Shown in pieces: positions 40,357-54,000 of a stretch of 57,885 nucleotides of DNA. The stretch's first letter is position 1; each line of letters opens with the position of its first letter. Where the stretch lies: assembly GCA_000165425.1 (NCBI GenBank), contig CT868660.1, positions 682,001 through 739,885 of the forward strand, read 5' to 3'. A program made the position numbers and the translations under genes. The DNA comes from Paramecium tetraurelia (lineage: Eukaryota). The notes under the pieces are model-generated. The model made no database searches. It was not told the DNA's origin and saw only the letters and a list, made by a program, of their open reading frames with translations.

Positions 40357-42289
40357 TTGTTTTTCTTCAAAAAATTCTATTTTTTGTTCGATTTTTTTCC
40401 TTATTTAAAGAAAAGCTTAAGTTTTTGAGTTATTTGTTCGATATTTTAATGAGCCTATTCTACCATGAATTTTTCTTAGAAAGATTAATTGTAACAAATA
40501 GTAAATCTATTGTTGTCATTTTGTTCCTCTTAACAAAAGGTGATACAGTGTTAAGGTGTTCTTAATTGAGAGTATAATGGTGAGAGCTATCGATGAGGAG
40601 AAACAAAACACCTGAAGATGAGTAAAAGTAAGAAAATCAATCATTAAATATAATGAATAATCTAAAGAAGAATAATTAGGTAAATAATAAGGAGAGTAAT
40701 CATAATAGAATGTTATTACACCATGATTGGTGTTTGTAATATAAGGAAAATATTCAAAAAACATCATTAAAATAAATTCAGAAAAAATCATTGCATTATC
40801 TAAATATGTTGTCTATAATTAGGCAAATCAATTTTATTCTATGAGTAAATTATTATTGATAAATCATTGTCACCATTTAGGATTTAAGTAGTAAGAAAAA
40901 ATCAAAAAGAAGTGATCGGAAAAGCACAAAAAAAGAATGAGGAGGAAATTTTTTAGGATAAATTGAATACAAAAAAAAGGCAAAAATATATCAAACATAT
41001 AAAAATCTTATAATGTAATAATGAAATAATAAAGTAATGAAAATAGGTAAATTAAAAAGTGGAATTTAGGATTTCAAAAGTTATGGTAATTAATTGTCAT
41101 GATTAGAATTAACATAACTTTTACATCATGGAATAATTGCTAAACTATTTTTCTTAATGTATCAATATCGATTCAAAAGAATGATTTATTAATATTGAAA
41201 CATATTTTAAAAAATATCACCTATCTTAAGAGTGTTTTCAGTGCCCTAGTTTATAAAAATGATCAAAGTTTTTCGCATAATTATCTACTTCACTTAGGTA
41301 ATTGGTAATTGCAATAAACCTTGTCTTTCATCTCTTACAAACACTTTATTGGATTTCAACAATAAAAATAATGCATATTAAAAGTGATTTCATATATTTT
41401 ACTCTTGTTTTTTTTTCTAATCTATTTATGGATTGCAACCTCATGTTTAACGATGAGATAGTTGTTTGGTTAACCTTGGTTAGATTTGATCTCTAAATGT
41501 TGATAAAAATTAAAAATATGTTTAAAAAATTAATTTTGAAATAATTAGTAGATGCCTAACATTTACACTCAAAGAATGAATTGTTTTTATCTAAGTAAAA
41601 TGGAGGTTGTCATAAAATTAGTTTGGAGAGATCTTCTATTTTATCTTATAAGTCAAATATCTCAAAAATAAGACAATCAATATTTTTTCAAGACCACATA
41701 TATTCCGAAGACATGATATTATACTAAATTGTGAGTCAAGTCATAACTCCAATTAATCAACTTATACATCTTTTAGTATCTTTTCTATTTATTGTTCCAG
41801 GCTTCACTTCATATCCGTATTAGGTTTGTTTATAATGACTTTTTCAGGTATATCATAGAAGTTTATTTCATGATATTCAGATAAATGCAAAAGTCCACAT
41901 CTCCTATCGATATGAATTTTGCATTTGTTTAAATTTAATAGTAATAAACATTTAAGATTATTTGGGAAATTCATAAATCCGTAGATCTGCCTTTTTTTTA
42001 ATATCCATAATTTACACTTCCTCTCCCTGTCTAAATAAACTCTTTATTGATCTTTCCCATTATTTTTCATTTGCTATGTCCAAACATGATCCTTAAATTA
42101 GTTTAAGAAACCAATCATCTGTACATTTAGGGTAATTATAAATTCCTCTTGACGTTTTATTTCCATATAGCATTAATTTTGTTTTATAATTCTTTTGTTT
42201 AACTGAATAAAAACGGAAGTATATATAAGATTTAAGGTTTAATATAAACATTCCATAGTAAAATTATGGTTCCTAGACCAAAGCCTTTA

Positions 42290-42439
42290 NNNNNNNNNNN
42301 NNNNNNNNNNNNNNNNNNNNNNNNNNNNNNNNNNNNNNNNNNNNNNNNNNNNNNNNNNNNNNNNNNNNNNNNNNNNNNNNNNNNNNNNNNNNNNNNNNNN
42401 NNNNNNNNNNNNNNNNNNNNNNNNNNNNNNNNNNNNNNN
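42290..42439. other. Assembly gap (150 N)
   Basis: Run of N. Confidence 1.
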
Positions 42440-42522
42440 CCCAAACCCTATCTCAAACCCAAACCCAAACCCAAACCCAAACCCAATTTTAACCCAAACC
42501 CAACCCCAAACCCAAACCCAAA
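42440..42522 (+). repeat. Paramecium telomeric repeats (CCCAAA/CCCCAA) internal to the scaffold
   Basis: About 13 hexamer units, mostly CCCAAA with a CCCCAA variant and some degenerate units. The C-rich strand lies 5' of unique sequence, the orientation of a left chromosome end. Confidence 0.92.
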
Positions 42523-42559
42523 GTAAAAGGTACTGAAATAAAAATTTTATATTTGACAC

Positions 42560-44450
42560 AGAAATAATGATTAATTATAGAAAGTTTATGAAAATAAAAT
42601 AGTCAATATTATAAGAACTAAAATGACAACATAAAATAATATTCAGATAAATAAATAATGGATAAAACCTGGTATTGGATTAGATACACAAATAAAATCA
42701 ATAATAACGGAGATCTAAATCGACTCAAGAAACATAATTTTCTTGGGATTTTTCGTTTACGAATTATTAAATCATAGCCACAGTTTTTACAAATTAGTTG
42801 TACTTAATATCATTTATAAATTACATATCATATTGTATACAAATTATAGGAATTACCTACTATGATATCATTTCTTTATTGATTAAAAGCTTTATCTTAC
42901 CTTCCAATTATTATAAAATAAATATTTAATGAAATATGTAAATCAAGAAAACATTCGATAACAATTAAAGAACTTAACTTTAATTAAAACATAGTTAAAA
43001 TTCAATTATTTTTGTTAATTTTATTTACATAGATAAAGCATTCTTTATAATTTTAAAATATAAAGTAGTCACTTGCTCCCTCCTAAAGAAAAAAGAACTA
43101 TAGTGGTAAATTATCCTTAAAGAAGAAATAAATTATTGGTGAAATGCAGCCAAAGGTAACGTAAAATTAATTAATTTCTTTTGATACAACTTTCTTCTAT
43201 ACCTAACAAATTTTCATGATAGAAAAACAGTTCTATCTAAAATTTAACTTTAATAATGTGTCCTCAGGCTGGAAATTTATAAGAGTAGACTTAGATATAA
43301 GATGTATTAGTAATTTGAAATGATAGGATGAATTTCATCAAAGAACCAAGATCATCCAAAAACCAGCGCAATAGATTTCGAACATAAAAAAAATTAAATT
43401 ATTCATGAGGCAGGTAGCAAACGAATAATCTTATATAAATTTAGAAAATGAAAATTTTTAGCATGGTTTTGAGAATGTTTTCTTAAATAGCAAATTTGAG
43501 CTTAATTTTCAATCCATTAGACCATTAATAGACAATAAAATTAGAGGAAGATAATAGGAATCGAATTATCTTGAAAGTAATGTCTCACCTTTAGGGTTTC
43601 ATCCGGATGATTAATTGTTAAGAAAGGATTAAATTATCGAAAGCAGATACATGCCTTTAAATATATTTACTTTTGGGGAATTTACAGAATCCATTAAATG
43701 TATGATTTGGAATCCCAATTAAGTAAATGAAAATTTAACTAATAAATTAATAAAAATAGAACTTTTTTAAAAAAAAATAAAGTAATTTCTATCATAAAAT
43801 AAGAAGAATTAAAAAACTTAGAAAACCTAGACAATTAGTTTATTCAATTTTTGTAGAAATTTATATATTAGAAGATATAGGAGATGATTTAAACTGTGTT
43901 AGTAACTTTTGAAGAGTGTAGCAACTACGTTGAAATAAATAGTTAAATAGCTAATGATTTTAAAAAGTTTAAAATATTGAGAAAGTTTGAAATTGCATTA
44001 TTTGTAGATGATTTATAAGTAATATATCAATTTAATAGTGGAAATATTGAGAGTTTGCTTGTTATTTAGGGAAAGTATTAAATATGCCTTGTTATTTTTC
44101 TCGAAGAATCAGCGAGGTATTGATTGATATTTTTAATAAAAAAATTATGTATATTAAAAATCATGTAGGATATTACTGTTTTAATATCTTCTAACTTTTT
44201 AGAACTAATTTTAAGACTTATATCGTACAGCAATAATTAGATTGATATAAATTGCACTAAAATTCTTAAAAGAAATAAATTGATATACCATCAGTTGAAA
44301 TCATCAACAAAGGAGCTAAGTTTTGAAGTTTCTTCTAAGATTATTGTCCATCATGTGAGTGATGTAATTTGATTTTTTATTCTACATTATTAAACTATGC
44401 ACATGTTTACATGAGTTTTAGTAAAATATTTAATCTCTATTATGATCAAC
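42560..44450 (+). pseudogene. Degenerate coding remnants upstream of the WD40 gene
   Basis: Short coding-like fragments broken by TGA and frameshifts (e.g. SSGWKFI, SRYMPL, SLLVIQGK). Family assignment is only inference. Confidence 0.35.
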
Positions 44451-44553
44451 TCTGCTGTTCATCCGAAAAAATATGGCTGATAAATTTTTGATGCATAGTA
44501 TAAGCCTTACAAAATATTAATAAAATTCAATATTATTTTTAATATAAAAGTGT

Positions 44554-47500
44554 ATGGATTGTTAAAATGAGGAAAAGGATGAATTATAAAGGATATTAAT
44601 TTTATCTACAGAAGTTGATGATGTAGTCTTCCATATCCTAATTAAAATATTCAAGAGAGGCAAAATTTAGGACTGTCTAGCATTTCTCTAGGAAGATCAA
44701 AATCAATTAGAAATAGGAAAAGATGTGGTTTAGGTAGAAAATTTATCACTTGTTGACGAAGAATAGATGATAAGTGTGGGAAAAAATACTGTTAACAAAA
44801 TAATAAATGTTCTCTATTAAATAAAAGATAATAATTTTAATAAACAGAATTACTGTGTTAAAGAATATGAAGAAATTAAATAGAATGTAATCACAAAAGT
44901 ATCCTGTGATCAGAGGATCATAGAATTTCTTAAATTTTTAGTTCATCTTACAGCCTTTGATGGTAGATACATATAGTGTGGATCAAATTCTCTTCATTTA
45001 TTAGTTGAAATGAAAGTAGATTTGAAGTCACAATCTTTTGAAAATATTAAAATAAGAAATACTTCACTTTTTAGAGCAAATTTTGTGAGATGTGACTTGA
45101 GTGGATCTGAATTTGACAATGTCAATATTAGTGGAATTAATTTAAATGGAGCCAAATTATTGAATTGTAAATGGAAGAATTTAAGAATAAATGAGTTAAA
45201 GCAGTTTAACGATCATGTCGAAACTGTCAATTCAATTTGCTTTTCTCCAGATGGTAATTAATTAGCTTCTGGTAGTGATGATGAATTTATTCGTTTGCGG
45301 GATGTTAGATCAGGAAGATTAAATTCTATATTTTAAGGAAAGACGAAAGTAAAATCAGTTTGTTTCTCACCTAATGGTACTATATTAACGTCTTGTTGTC
45401 TCAAATTTATATATATATGGTATCTTAAAACAGGAAAATAAATGTAGAAATTAATTGGTCATACTCATTATGTTTGCTCAGTCTGCTTCTCTCCTGATGG
45501 TACTACATTAGCATCTGGCAGTGATGATCACTCTATCCGCTTATGGGATGTTAAGACAGGATAATAAAAAGCCAGATTAGATGGTCATTCAAATGGTGTT
45601 AGATCTGTTTGTTTCTCTCCTGATGGTACTACATTAGCATCTGGTAGTTATGATCACTCTATCCGTTTATGGGATGTTAAAACAGGTTAATAAAAAGCCA
45701 AATTAGATGGTCATTCTAGTTATGTGTATTCAGTCTGCTTCTCTCCTGATGGTACTACATTAGCATCTGGTAGCGAAGTTACTATCCGTTTATGGGATGT
45801 TAAGACAGGATAATAAAAAGCCAAATTAGATGGTCATTTAAATGGAATTCTATCGGTATGTTTCTCTCCTGAAGGTTCTACTTTAGCATCTGGTAGTAAT
45901 GATGAGTCAATCTGTTTATGGGATGTTAAGACAGGATAACAAAAAGTCACATTAGATGGTCATATAGGGAAAATTTTATCAGTCTGTTTCTCTCCTGATG
46001 GTACTGCATTAGCTTCTGGAAGTTCAGATAAATGTATCCGTTTCTGGGATATTAAGGCAATTTAATAAAAGATAGAATTAAATGGTCATTCAAATGGAAT
46101 TCTATCGGTATGTTTCTCTCCTGATGGTTCTACTTTAGCATCTGGTGGTTATAATAAGTCAATCTGTTTATGGGATGTTAAGACAGGATAATAAAAATCC
46201 AGATTAGATGGCCATACAAGTTGTGTTAGATCAGTCTGTTTCTCTCCTGATGGCACTATATTAGCATCTGGTAGCGATGATAGCTCTATTCGTTTATGGA
46301 ATATTAAGACAGGATTTTAAACAACTAAAATAGAAGATTCTGGAAACATAATTTTTTCAGTTTGTTTTTCTCCTGATGGGATTATGTTAGCAGCTCTGTG
46401 TAGTTACTCCATTTGTCTTTGGGAAATTAAAACAAGAATAGAAAAATCAAGGATTTGGGGTTATAAATTATCTTCTATATGCATGTCTCCTGATGGCACT
46501 ACTTTAGCTTATGGTTTAGACAATTCCATTTGCTTTTTTAGTATGAAAACAAGACAAAATAAGTCTAAATTAAATGGACATGTTTAAGATATTACATCAT
46601 TATGTTTTTCTCCTGATGGTACAAAATTGGCATCAGGAAGCAAAGACAATTCTATTTATTTATGGGATGTTAAAACAGGATAATAAAAGGCAACGTTATT
46701 TGGCCATAGAAGCTGTATTGAATCAATATGTTTTTCACCTGATGGTAAAAAATTAGCATCAGGAAGCAAAGAAAAATTAATTTATTTATGGGATGTTAAA
46801 ACAGGAAAATAATGGGCAACGTTAAATGGCCATATAAGTGATATTACATCAATATGTTTTTCACCTGATTGTACTACATTAGCATCTGGAAGTAGAGATA
46901 ATTGTATTCGTTTATGGGATGTTAAACTAGGACATCAAAAAACTTAATTCAATGGACATAGAAAAGGTGTAACATCAGTATGTTTTTCTTCTGATGGGAC
47001 TAGATTAGTTTCTGGCAGTTAAGACAATTCGATTCGGTTTTGGGATATCAAATCAGGACGACAAAAATCTTAATTAGATGGTCATAAAAAAGAAATCACA
47101 TCGGTATGCTTTTCTCCTGATGATACTACATTAGCTTCAGGTAGTAGTGATAAGACTATTCTTTTATGGGATGTTAAAACAGGACAACAATAATTTTAAT
47201 TAAATGGTCATACTAGAACTGTTATGTCAGTCTGTTTTTCTCCTAATGGTACTTTATTAGCTTCTGGCAGTGGAGATATAACTATTATTTTATGGGATGT
47301 TAAAAAAGGAGTAAAAAAGTCATCCTTAAATGGTCATAGTCATTATGTTGCATCGGTATGCTTTTCTTTTGATGGCACTTTATTGGCATCCGGTAGTGGA
47401 GATAAAACAATTTTGTTATGGGATGTAAAAACTGGACAACCAAAATCATTATTTAAAGGGCATACTAGTGGAGTTTTTTCTGTATGCTTTTCTCCTGATG

Positions 47501-48186
47501 GGAGTATGTTAGCATCAGGCAGCTAAGATAATTCTATTCGATTGTGGGATATTAAAACAGGACAATAAAAGTCTTAATTAGATGTTCATTGTGATTATGT
47601 TACTTCAATTTGCTTTTCTCCTGATGGTAGAACATTGGCATCTGGCAGCTAAGACAATTCTATTCGTTTATGGGATGTGAAAATAGGAAAACAAAAATCT
47701 TTATTAAATGGGCATAGTAGTTGGGTTTAATCAGTATGCTTTTCTCCTGATGGCACTACATTAGCATCAGGCAGCTAAGACAATTCTATACGTTTATGGA
47801 ATGTAAAAATAGAAAATCAAAAATCTTAAATATGTTAGCATTATTCAGTAGGCATATCATCTGATGGTAGTACATTAGCATTTGGTAATAATGATGCAAC
47901 TTGTTTATTGGATATTAAAAGAGGACAACAATTTAAAGATTCAGACAAATAATGCAATGAATTTCTGCCTGATTTTACAATACCTATTTAAAACAACCTC
48001 GCATCAATATTTCAGGAATTTGGTATATACTCTTGTTTTATTTAGCTGATCTGATTACAATACATCATATGACTTCAAAAATTACACTTTTAGCAGAAGA
48101 GGCCATAATATTGAGAGGAGAATTTATCAATCATGAAGGTATTGATTTAAAATTTGCTATTTAAATAAAAAGGGGCTACATTTTTT
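44554..48186 (+). CDS. Pentapeptide-repeat + about 21-22 WD40-repeat protein (expanded Paramecium WD40 family)
   Basis: Uninterrupted frame 44554 to about 48020: helical N-terminus, [11 protein letters not shown], pentapeptide stretch [33 protein letters not shown], then tandem [38 protein letters not shown] units. Late intron near 48023-48045. Tail ([14 protein letters not shown]) is frameshifted next to the gap. Confidence 0.9.
45211..47925 (+). repeat. About 126-bp tandem WD40-coding repeats
   Basis: Recurring 'tctcctgatggtactacattagcatctgg' and 'ttatgggatgttaagacagga' at about 126-nt period. Confidence 0.95.
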
Positions 48187-48336
48187 NNNNNNNNNNNNNN
48201 NNNNNNNNNNNNNNNNNNNNNNNNNNNNNNNNNNNNNNNNNNNNNNNNNNNNNNNNNNNNNNNNNNNNNNNNNNNNNNNNNNNNNNNNNNNNNNNNNNNN
48301 NNNNNNNNNNNNNNNNNNNNNNNNNNNNNNNNNNNN
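48187..48336. other. Assembly gap (150 N)
   Basis: Run of N. Confidence 1.
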
Positions 48337-50398
48337 GCATAAAAAATCATAAAAAATTGAATTATCATATATTGGAAAAAAAAAAATAATTAATTTTTAG
48401 TTTTGTTAATAAATTTAAAGATGTTTTTATTCGATTAATAAAATAAATCTTTAAACAATTGAATATTTAGAGAGATAATTATCACAAGCATGGTATTTTG
48501 TATCTATTAATTTGTAATACTTTTATTGAATGTGATTTTGTATTTTCCAAATGATTAAAATTAGAAAAATTTTTAATTTTTAAACAGAAAATTTCTTAGG
48601 TTGACAGTTTATAATTTAAATGCTGCTTTCAAAATTATATAGTTCAGCCAAAAATCATCCAAATATTTCAATAAATTTATTAATGATGCCTGTCTGGGTT
48701 AGTTTAACTATTGATGTGGTTGATTAAATTTTTTGAAGAAGAGGTTTTTTCTCCCCTCCCCCCCCATAATATCTCTTATATTTATATGTCCTAAGTACGT
48801 AAAAATTATTCTAACAAGCTGTGGGGTGGTACCTTTGACCTGCGACACTTTACGATAACCTCCTTGAACAGTAGCCGTTTGAGATATAGTCCAAACTGCT
48901 GAAGAAATAGATATTTTTTAATATGATTCTTTGAGCGAGAGAGGATGAGAGCGGATTATTTAAGTTCTGATTGAAAATTTACCTTTGCTTTGGTTTAACT
49001 GTGTAAGCGTAAAGATTTAATTTTAGATGTTCGTGGAGAAATATTGAAGGGCTGTGTATACTCTAAATTGTCTAAATTTGAAAAGTAAAATTTTAAAAAA
49101 TCAAAAAACTATTTAGAGTTGTTTTAATTAAGATAAGATCATTATGTTTTCTTTATATCTAATGTCAGTAGATTGCCTAAGTTATGGAAGTATTTTAAGT
49201 TTAAAACTTCTTCTTTTGCTGAATTTAATTTGATTATCATTTATAAAGTTAGCAAAATATTATTTGGGATGTAAAACAGATGTCAACAAAATGAGCATAC
49301 GTCCAGTTAAAATATTATATTCATTAAAAGGGCTATATTGATGGGAGGTTTAAGCGCTCAAAAAATTTTCCTTATGCTTGAAGGGAAGTCATATAAAACT
49401 AAAATTTAAGAAATTTGACAAAGTGTGAATAACAGAATTTTAGAACTATATTATCTCAATTTTTCTGCTTTTTATTGAGAAGATAGCCAGAGATATATCA
49501 TCAGAAAGAATTCATATAAATTCTCGAAAGAAATGATGTTTATAAAATAATTCGAGGATTCCTAGAATTATTTTAAAAAGTAAATTTTCTGGCAACTTTA
49601 CATAAACACAATTGGTGCTATTAATCCTCCTTAAGATGCTCTTGTATTATTGTTAGACATCAGTCTAAACAGTCACTATTGTCTTGATTAAAAATCATTA
49701 CTTGATTTATCAAGGAATATTATGACGGCGGTGTTTAAATTAATAATGCGATGTGTAATAAAAAATCTTGAATTTAAAGTTGTATAATGATATAGTGGCA
49801 TAAGAAAAAAAAGTGTATTTTATGAGCTTTCTAAGGCAATTGCTTTTCCTTGTTGTTGAATGCTATCCACTGAATTGGCTATTAATTCTTGATATTTTAT
49901 TAAGACCCGAAAACTCCTATAATTTGTGTTTGATTTAATAAGGGTTTGCAGTCAGCATTATTTCCTAAAATAATTATGTAGCTGCCTTTATCTTAAATAG
50001 ATATACATTCATGCTCAGCTGATGCAACATGTTACCAATATGGGCTATAAGGTTTAAATGTACTTTTTATTACTCATTTCTTATAAGATTGCAACATAAA
50101 TTGCTGAAGCATCCCTGAATTAATTTTTCATTGAAGCTCTTGTAACTAATGTACTTCATTTTTGGATGTGTTGTACTGTATAGAGAGAATCTTCTATTTT
50201 AATTCTATTACTTCAACCCGCAAGCCCACGGTAATTATTAGATCCAAGCGTAGCCACATTATGAACACTATGCGTAAGTTCTGATGAAAGCAAATTTGGT
50301 TAAAATTGCTAAGGTGATCTAATCTTCGATAGAATTTATGATACCTACTCTTCTTAAATATGCTTACATTAAAATTATAATTGTAAAGATGTACTTAA

Positions 50399-51085
50399 NN
50401 NNNNNNNNNNNNNNNNNNNNNNNNNNNNNNNNNNNNNNNNNNNNNNNNNNNNNNNNNNNNNNNNNNNNNNNNNNNNNNNNNNNNNNNNNNNNNNNNNNNN
50501 NNNNNNNNNNNNNNNNNNNNNNNNNNNNNNNNNNNNNNNNNNNNNNNNNNNNNNNNNNNNNNNNNNNNNNNNNNNNNNNNNNNNNNNNNNNNNNNNNNNN
50601 NNNNNNNNNNNNNNNNNNNNNNNNNNNNNNNNNNNNNNNNNNNNNNNNNNNNNNNNNNNNNNNNNNNNNNNNNNNNNNNNNNNNNNNNNNNNNNNNNNNN
50701 NNNNNNNNNNNNNNNNNNNNNNNNNNNNNNNNNNNNNNNNNNNNNNNNNNNNNNNNNNNNNNNNNNNNNNNNNNNNNNNNNNNNNNNNNNNNNNNNNNNN
50801 NNNNNNNNNNNNNNNNNNNNNNNNNNNNNNNNNNNNNNNNNNNNNNNNNNNNNNNNNNNNNNNNNNNNNNNNNNNNNNNNNNNNNNNNNNNNNNNNNNNN
50901 NNNNNNNNNNNNNNNNNNNNNNNNNNNNNNNNNNNNNNNNNNNNNNNNNNNNNNNNNNNNNNNNNNNNNNNNNNNNNNNNNNNNNNNNNNNNNNNNNNNN
51001 NNNNNNNNNNNNNNNNNNNNNNNNNNNNNNNNNNNNNNNNNNNNNNNNNNNNNNNNNNNNNNNNNNNNNNNNNNNNNNNNNNNNN
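50399..51085. other. Assembly gap (687 N)
   Basis: Run of N. Confidence 1.
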
Positions 51086-54000
51086 ATATCCAGAGCAATT
51101 AAGAGGGGGGCACTTATGAGTCGCGATGATGCATTAAATTTTGGAATCAATAAAAAAGATGTCTATAATGTGTTAATAGTTGAACCACTTGATCTACATA
51201 CAGTTTGCAAAGCATGTAAATGATTTCAGTTGTTAATGTCTAGGCAATTTCCAAAATTATTCGCATGTTCAGAAATGACAACGAAAACCCTGAAAGAGTT
51301 ATAAATAATACAAATATCTGAACTGGTCTGCATTTGATAAACATCTTATCATCAGATCGAAAAATAATTCAAAATAAAAAATCTACAGGTAAGATTTAGT
51401 TTGGTCAATATGAATTAATTTTATTTTTTAAGTAATATCATGGTTGAAATATAAACTGCAAAAGGCGAAAACTGAGAAAAACATTACTTATTGGCTAAAA
51501 AGTGTAAAGGGTAACTTTATCTTGCAGGTTCAGGAATTACTAAAACCCATTCTGATTTAAGGAAAACTTTAAGGAATATTTGGAGTATTTAAACTTAACT
51601 TTGCAAGTTCTACTCGAAATTTTAGAAGATGATACTTCTGATGCTGCATGTTATTTAGCTTTACTGGATCTTATCTAGCTAATTAATGTGCAACCTATAG
51701 ATTAATATCTTCTTGTAACTAGTACTGAAAACTCAAGCATTTCTATGGTTATAGATTTGTAAATCAACCTCTATAGCCCGTAAATGATGTATTCATACTA
51801 GTTATGATAAATGTCCTCCTTTTCCCTTATTATATTTGTTGGATTTTAAAAGCAAATTTAAAGCAGTCAAAGATAATCAATACTAGAGCATAAAGAGATA
51901 TTTATGAGGTAACTCTTTAACAAATAAACAATCTGAACATTCCATCAAACTCTGCAGCATTGTTTACAACAAACATAAAAAGAACATTAATACAGATTTG
52001 TTACATTATGGTTATTGTATTACAGAGATGCATAAGCCTCTTATCCGTCTATACTTAACATTAGAAAAAATAAGAACTTCTTTGGAGAATTGTAAAATTC
52101 AATTCGTGATTTAATTCAAATCAATAGCGAGCGAAATCCAATCAAAAATGATCATTAAAAGCTTGTGAATTAAATAAATGTAATTTAATCATAATGTAAT
52201 CTCTTTTTTTCGATTAACTAGAGATTAGTATTGTGTGTAAAAACACCTGAAGTTTTATAATGTTCGCATCCTGTTACCTTCAAAATTGTTCTGGAAATAC
52301 TATTTAGCTGCTTCTAACAAATGTTCTATTTATGTGTAACAGTCCAATTTTGGTCTAGTTTGGACAAGTTGTCCAAATACATATTAATATGAAGATCTTA
52401 ATATGATGGTAACTGCTTAATTAAATGCATATTGCATTTTTAAAGTATAAAGATTTTAGTTACTTTTCTCAACTTGATTCATCTGATAGTTATCCATTGG
52501 AACTACTATGAATGTGATACAAATTATGATGGCTATTAGAATTAAGTTGATGAGTTTCTACAAATGAGACTGATGCTAAATAGTACATAAGCATAATCTC
52601 CTATTTAAGTCTGAAAATTTTTTAAGGCTATTTAAACTTTTTAGTATATATCTTTTGCTTTTGGACAATGCTCTGACATTATTAATTATTTTAGAATTCA
52701 TAAAATAAAACATTCTAGGCACATGAGTTGCTTATAGTTACTTGATGTAAGGATTGTCGTTGTGAATATGTAGTTCAGGCACCATCACTAGAACGGCAAG
52801 TGAACTATTAACTGAATCAATATAAAAAGAAGCACTATTGCATTTCAAATTGGCATTTTTATTTTAAATATAATGTTAAACTTGTATTTAAAATTGGAGG
52901 TTTAATATACGAACTTTTTGTACTACCTGAACAACAGTTCTGCTTTTGTTCTTAATTGAAATACTCGGGGATTGCAGAATGCAGCTCTTGTATTCGGGCT
53001 GTTCTTCTTGTCATTCATCATGCTTAACATGCTTTAGAACCACAATTGATGGCTGTTTAACATGTGATATTACTTTAAATCGAATATTAAAAGGGTTAGA
53101 ATGTGTTTGTGCACCTGGTTAGTATGAATTAAGTAATGTTTGTACAAGTATATTTGATAATCATATTATAGATTGTCCAATTACAGAAGATTCCGCTCTC
53201 ACCCAATGTTATAAGTTGTGTCATAATAATTAATTTATTTGGCATACTATTACATGCAGTTATTGTGATGCTGGATTAGAATTAGTGCCTGGAGGATGTC
53301 AACCAATTTGTGGAGATTTCTTAATCAAAGAATATGAATAATGTGAAGATAATAATACACTCCTTCATGACTTATGCTATAATTGTTAATTTCAATGTCC
53401 TGTTAATTGTTTAAGTTGTAATCAATCCTAATATACCTTGTCCTGATATTTGCGGGGATGGAATGATTACAGGACTAGAGGAATGCAAAGATGAAAACAA
53501 TATTTATTATGATGGATGTTTTAATCTTAAATATTAATGTTACCCTCCATGTACAAAGTGTATAAAAGGACAATGTTTTGAGTGTATAACCCAAGGATAC
53601 GGATGGGTGCAAAAATTGTAAGTATTTCTGTAGAATTGGTTGTTCCTCTTGTAATTATACAACCAACAACTGCTTAAGCTGTTAATTCCCTGGATTTGTT
53701 CCTAACTATTACTATTGTCAAAATATATGTGGAGATGGATTAGTCGTTATAGATCCTTATGGATTCTTCTCGGAGGAATGTGATGGTAATACAAATGATA
53801 ATGATGGTTGCAGTAGCACTTGTTAATATTAGTGTTAACCAGCAAGTATTTGCACAAGTTGTCAAAGTAATAGATGTTCAGTATGCGCTTCTGGGTATTA
53901 CCTTTCAGGTAAAAAAATATGTACACCAATTTGTGGAGATTCTATTTATGTAGTTGGCGAATAATGTGAGAAATCGCTTATATTGCACTATAAAGATTGT

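Noticed and set aside
40500..42280. Possible transposon remnant beside the telomere gap
   Set aside because: No terminal inverted repeats, DDE or RT motifs recognisable. Only broken coding-like fragments.
42232..42559. ORFs with PKPKPK / GFGFGF repeats
   Set aside because: Translation of telomeric repeats plus the N gap.
45211..47925. Regular repeat with variable segments resembling a CRISPR array or DGR template
   Set aside because: Units are in-frame WD40 codons in a eukaryotic gene. No cas or reverse-transcriptase gene was seen, and variation is not adenine-specific.
48050..48186. Frameshifts in the WD40 gene tail as programmed frameshifting
   Set aside because: They lie within about 140 nt of a gap, where sequencing errors are likely.
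48750..48766. C-rich run ctcccctccccccccc
   Set aside because: Isolated homopolymer-like run in degenerate sequence, with no repeat structure or context supporting function.
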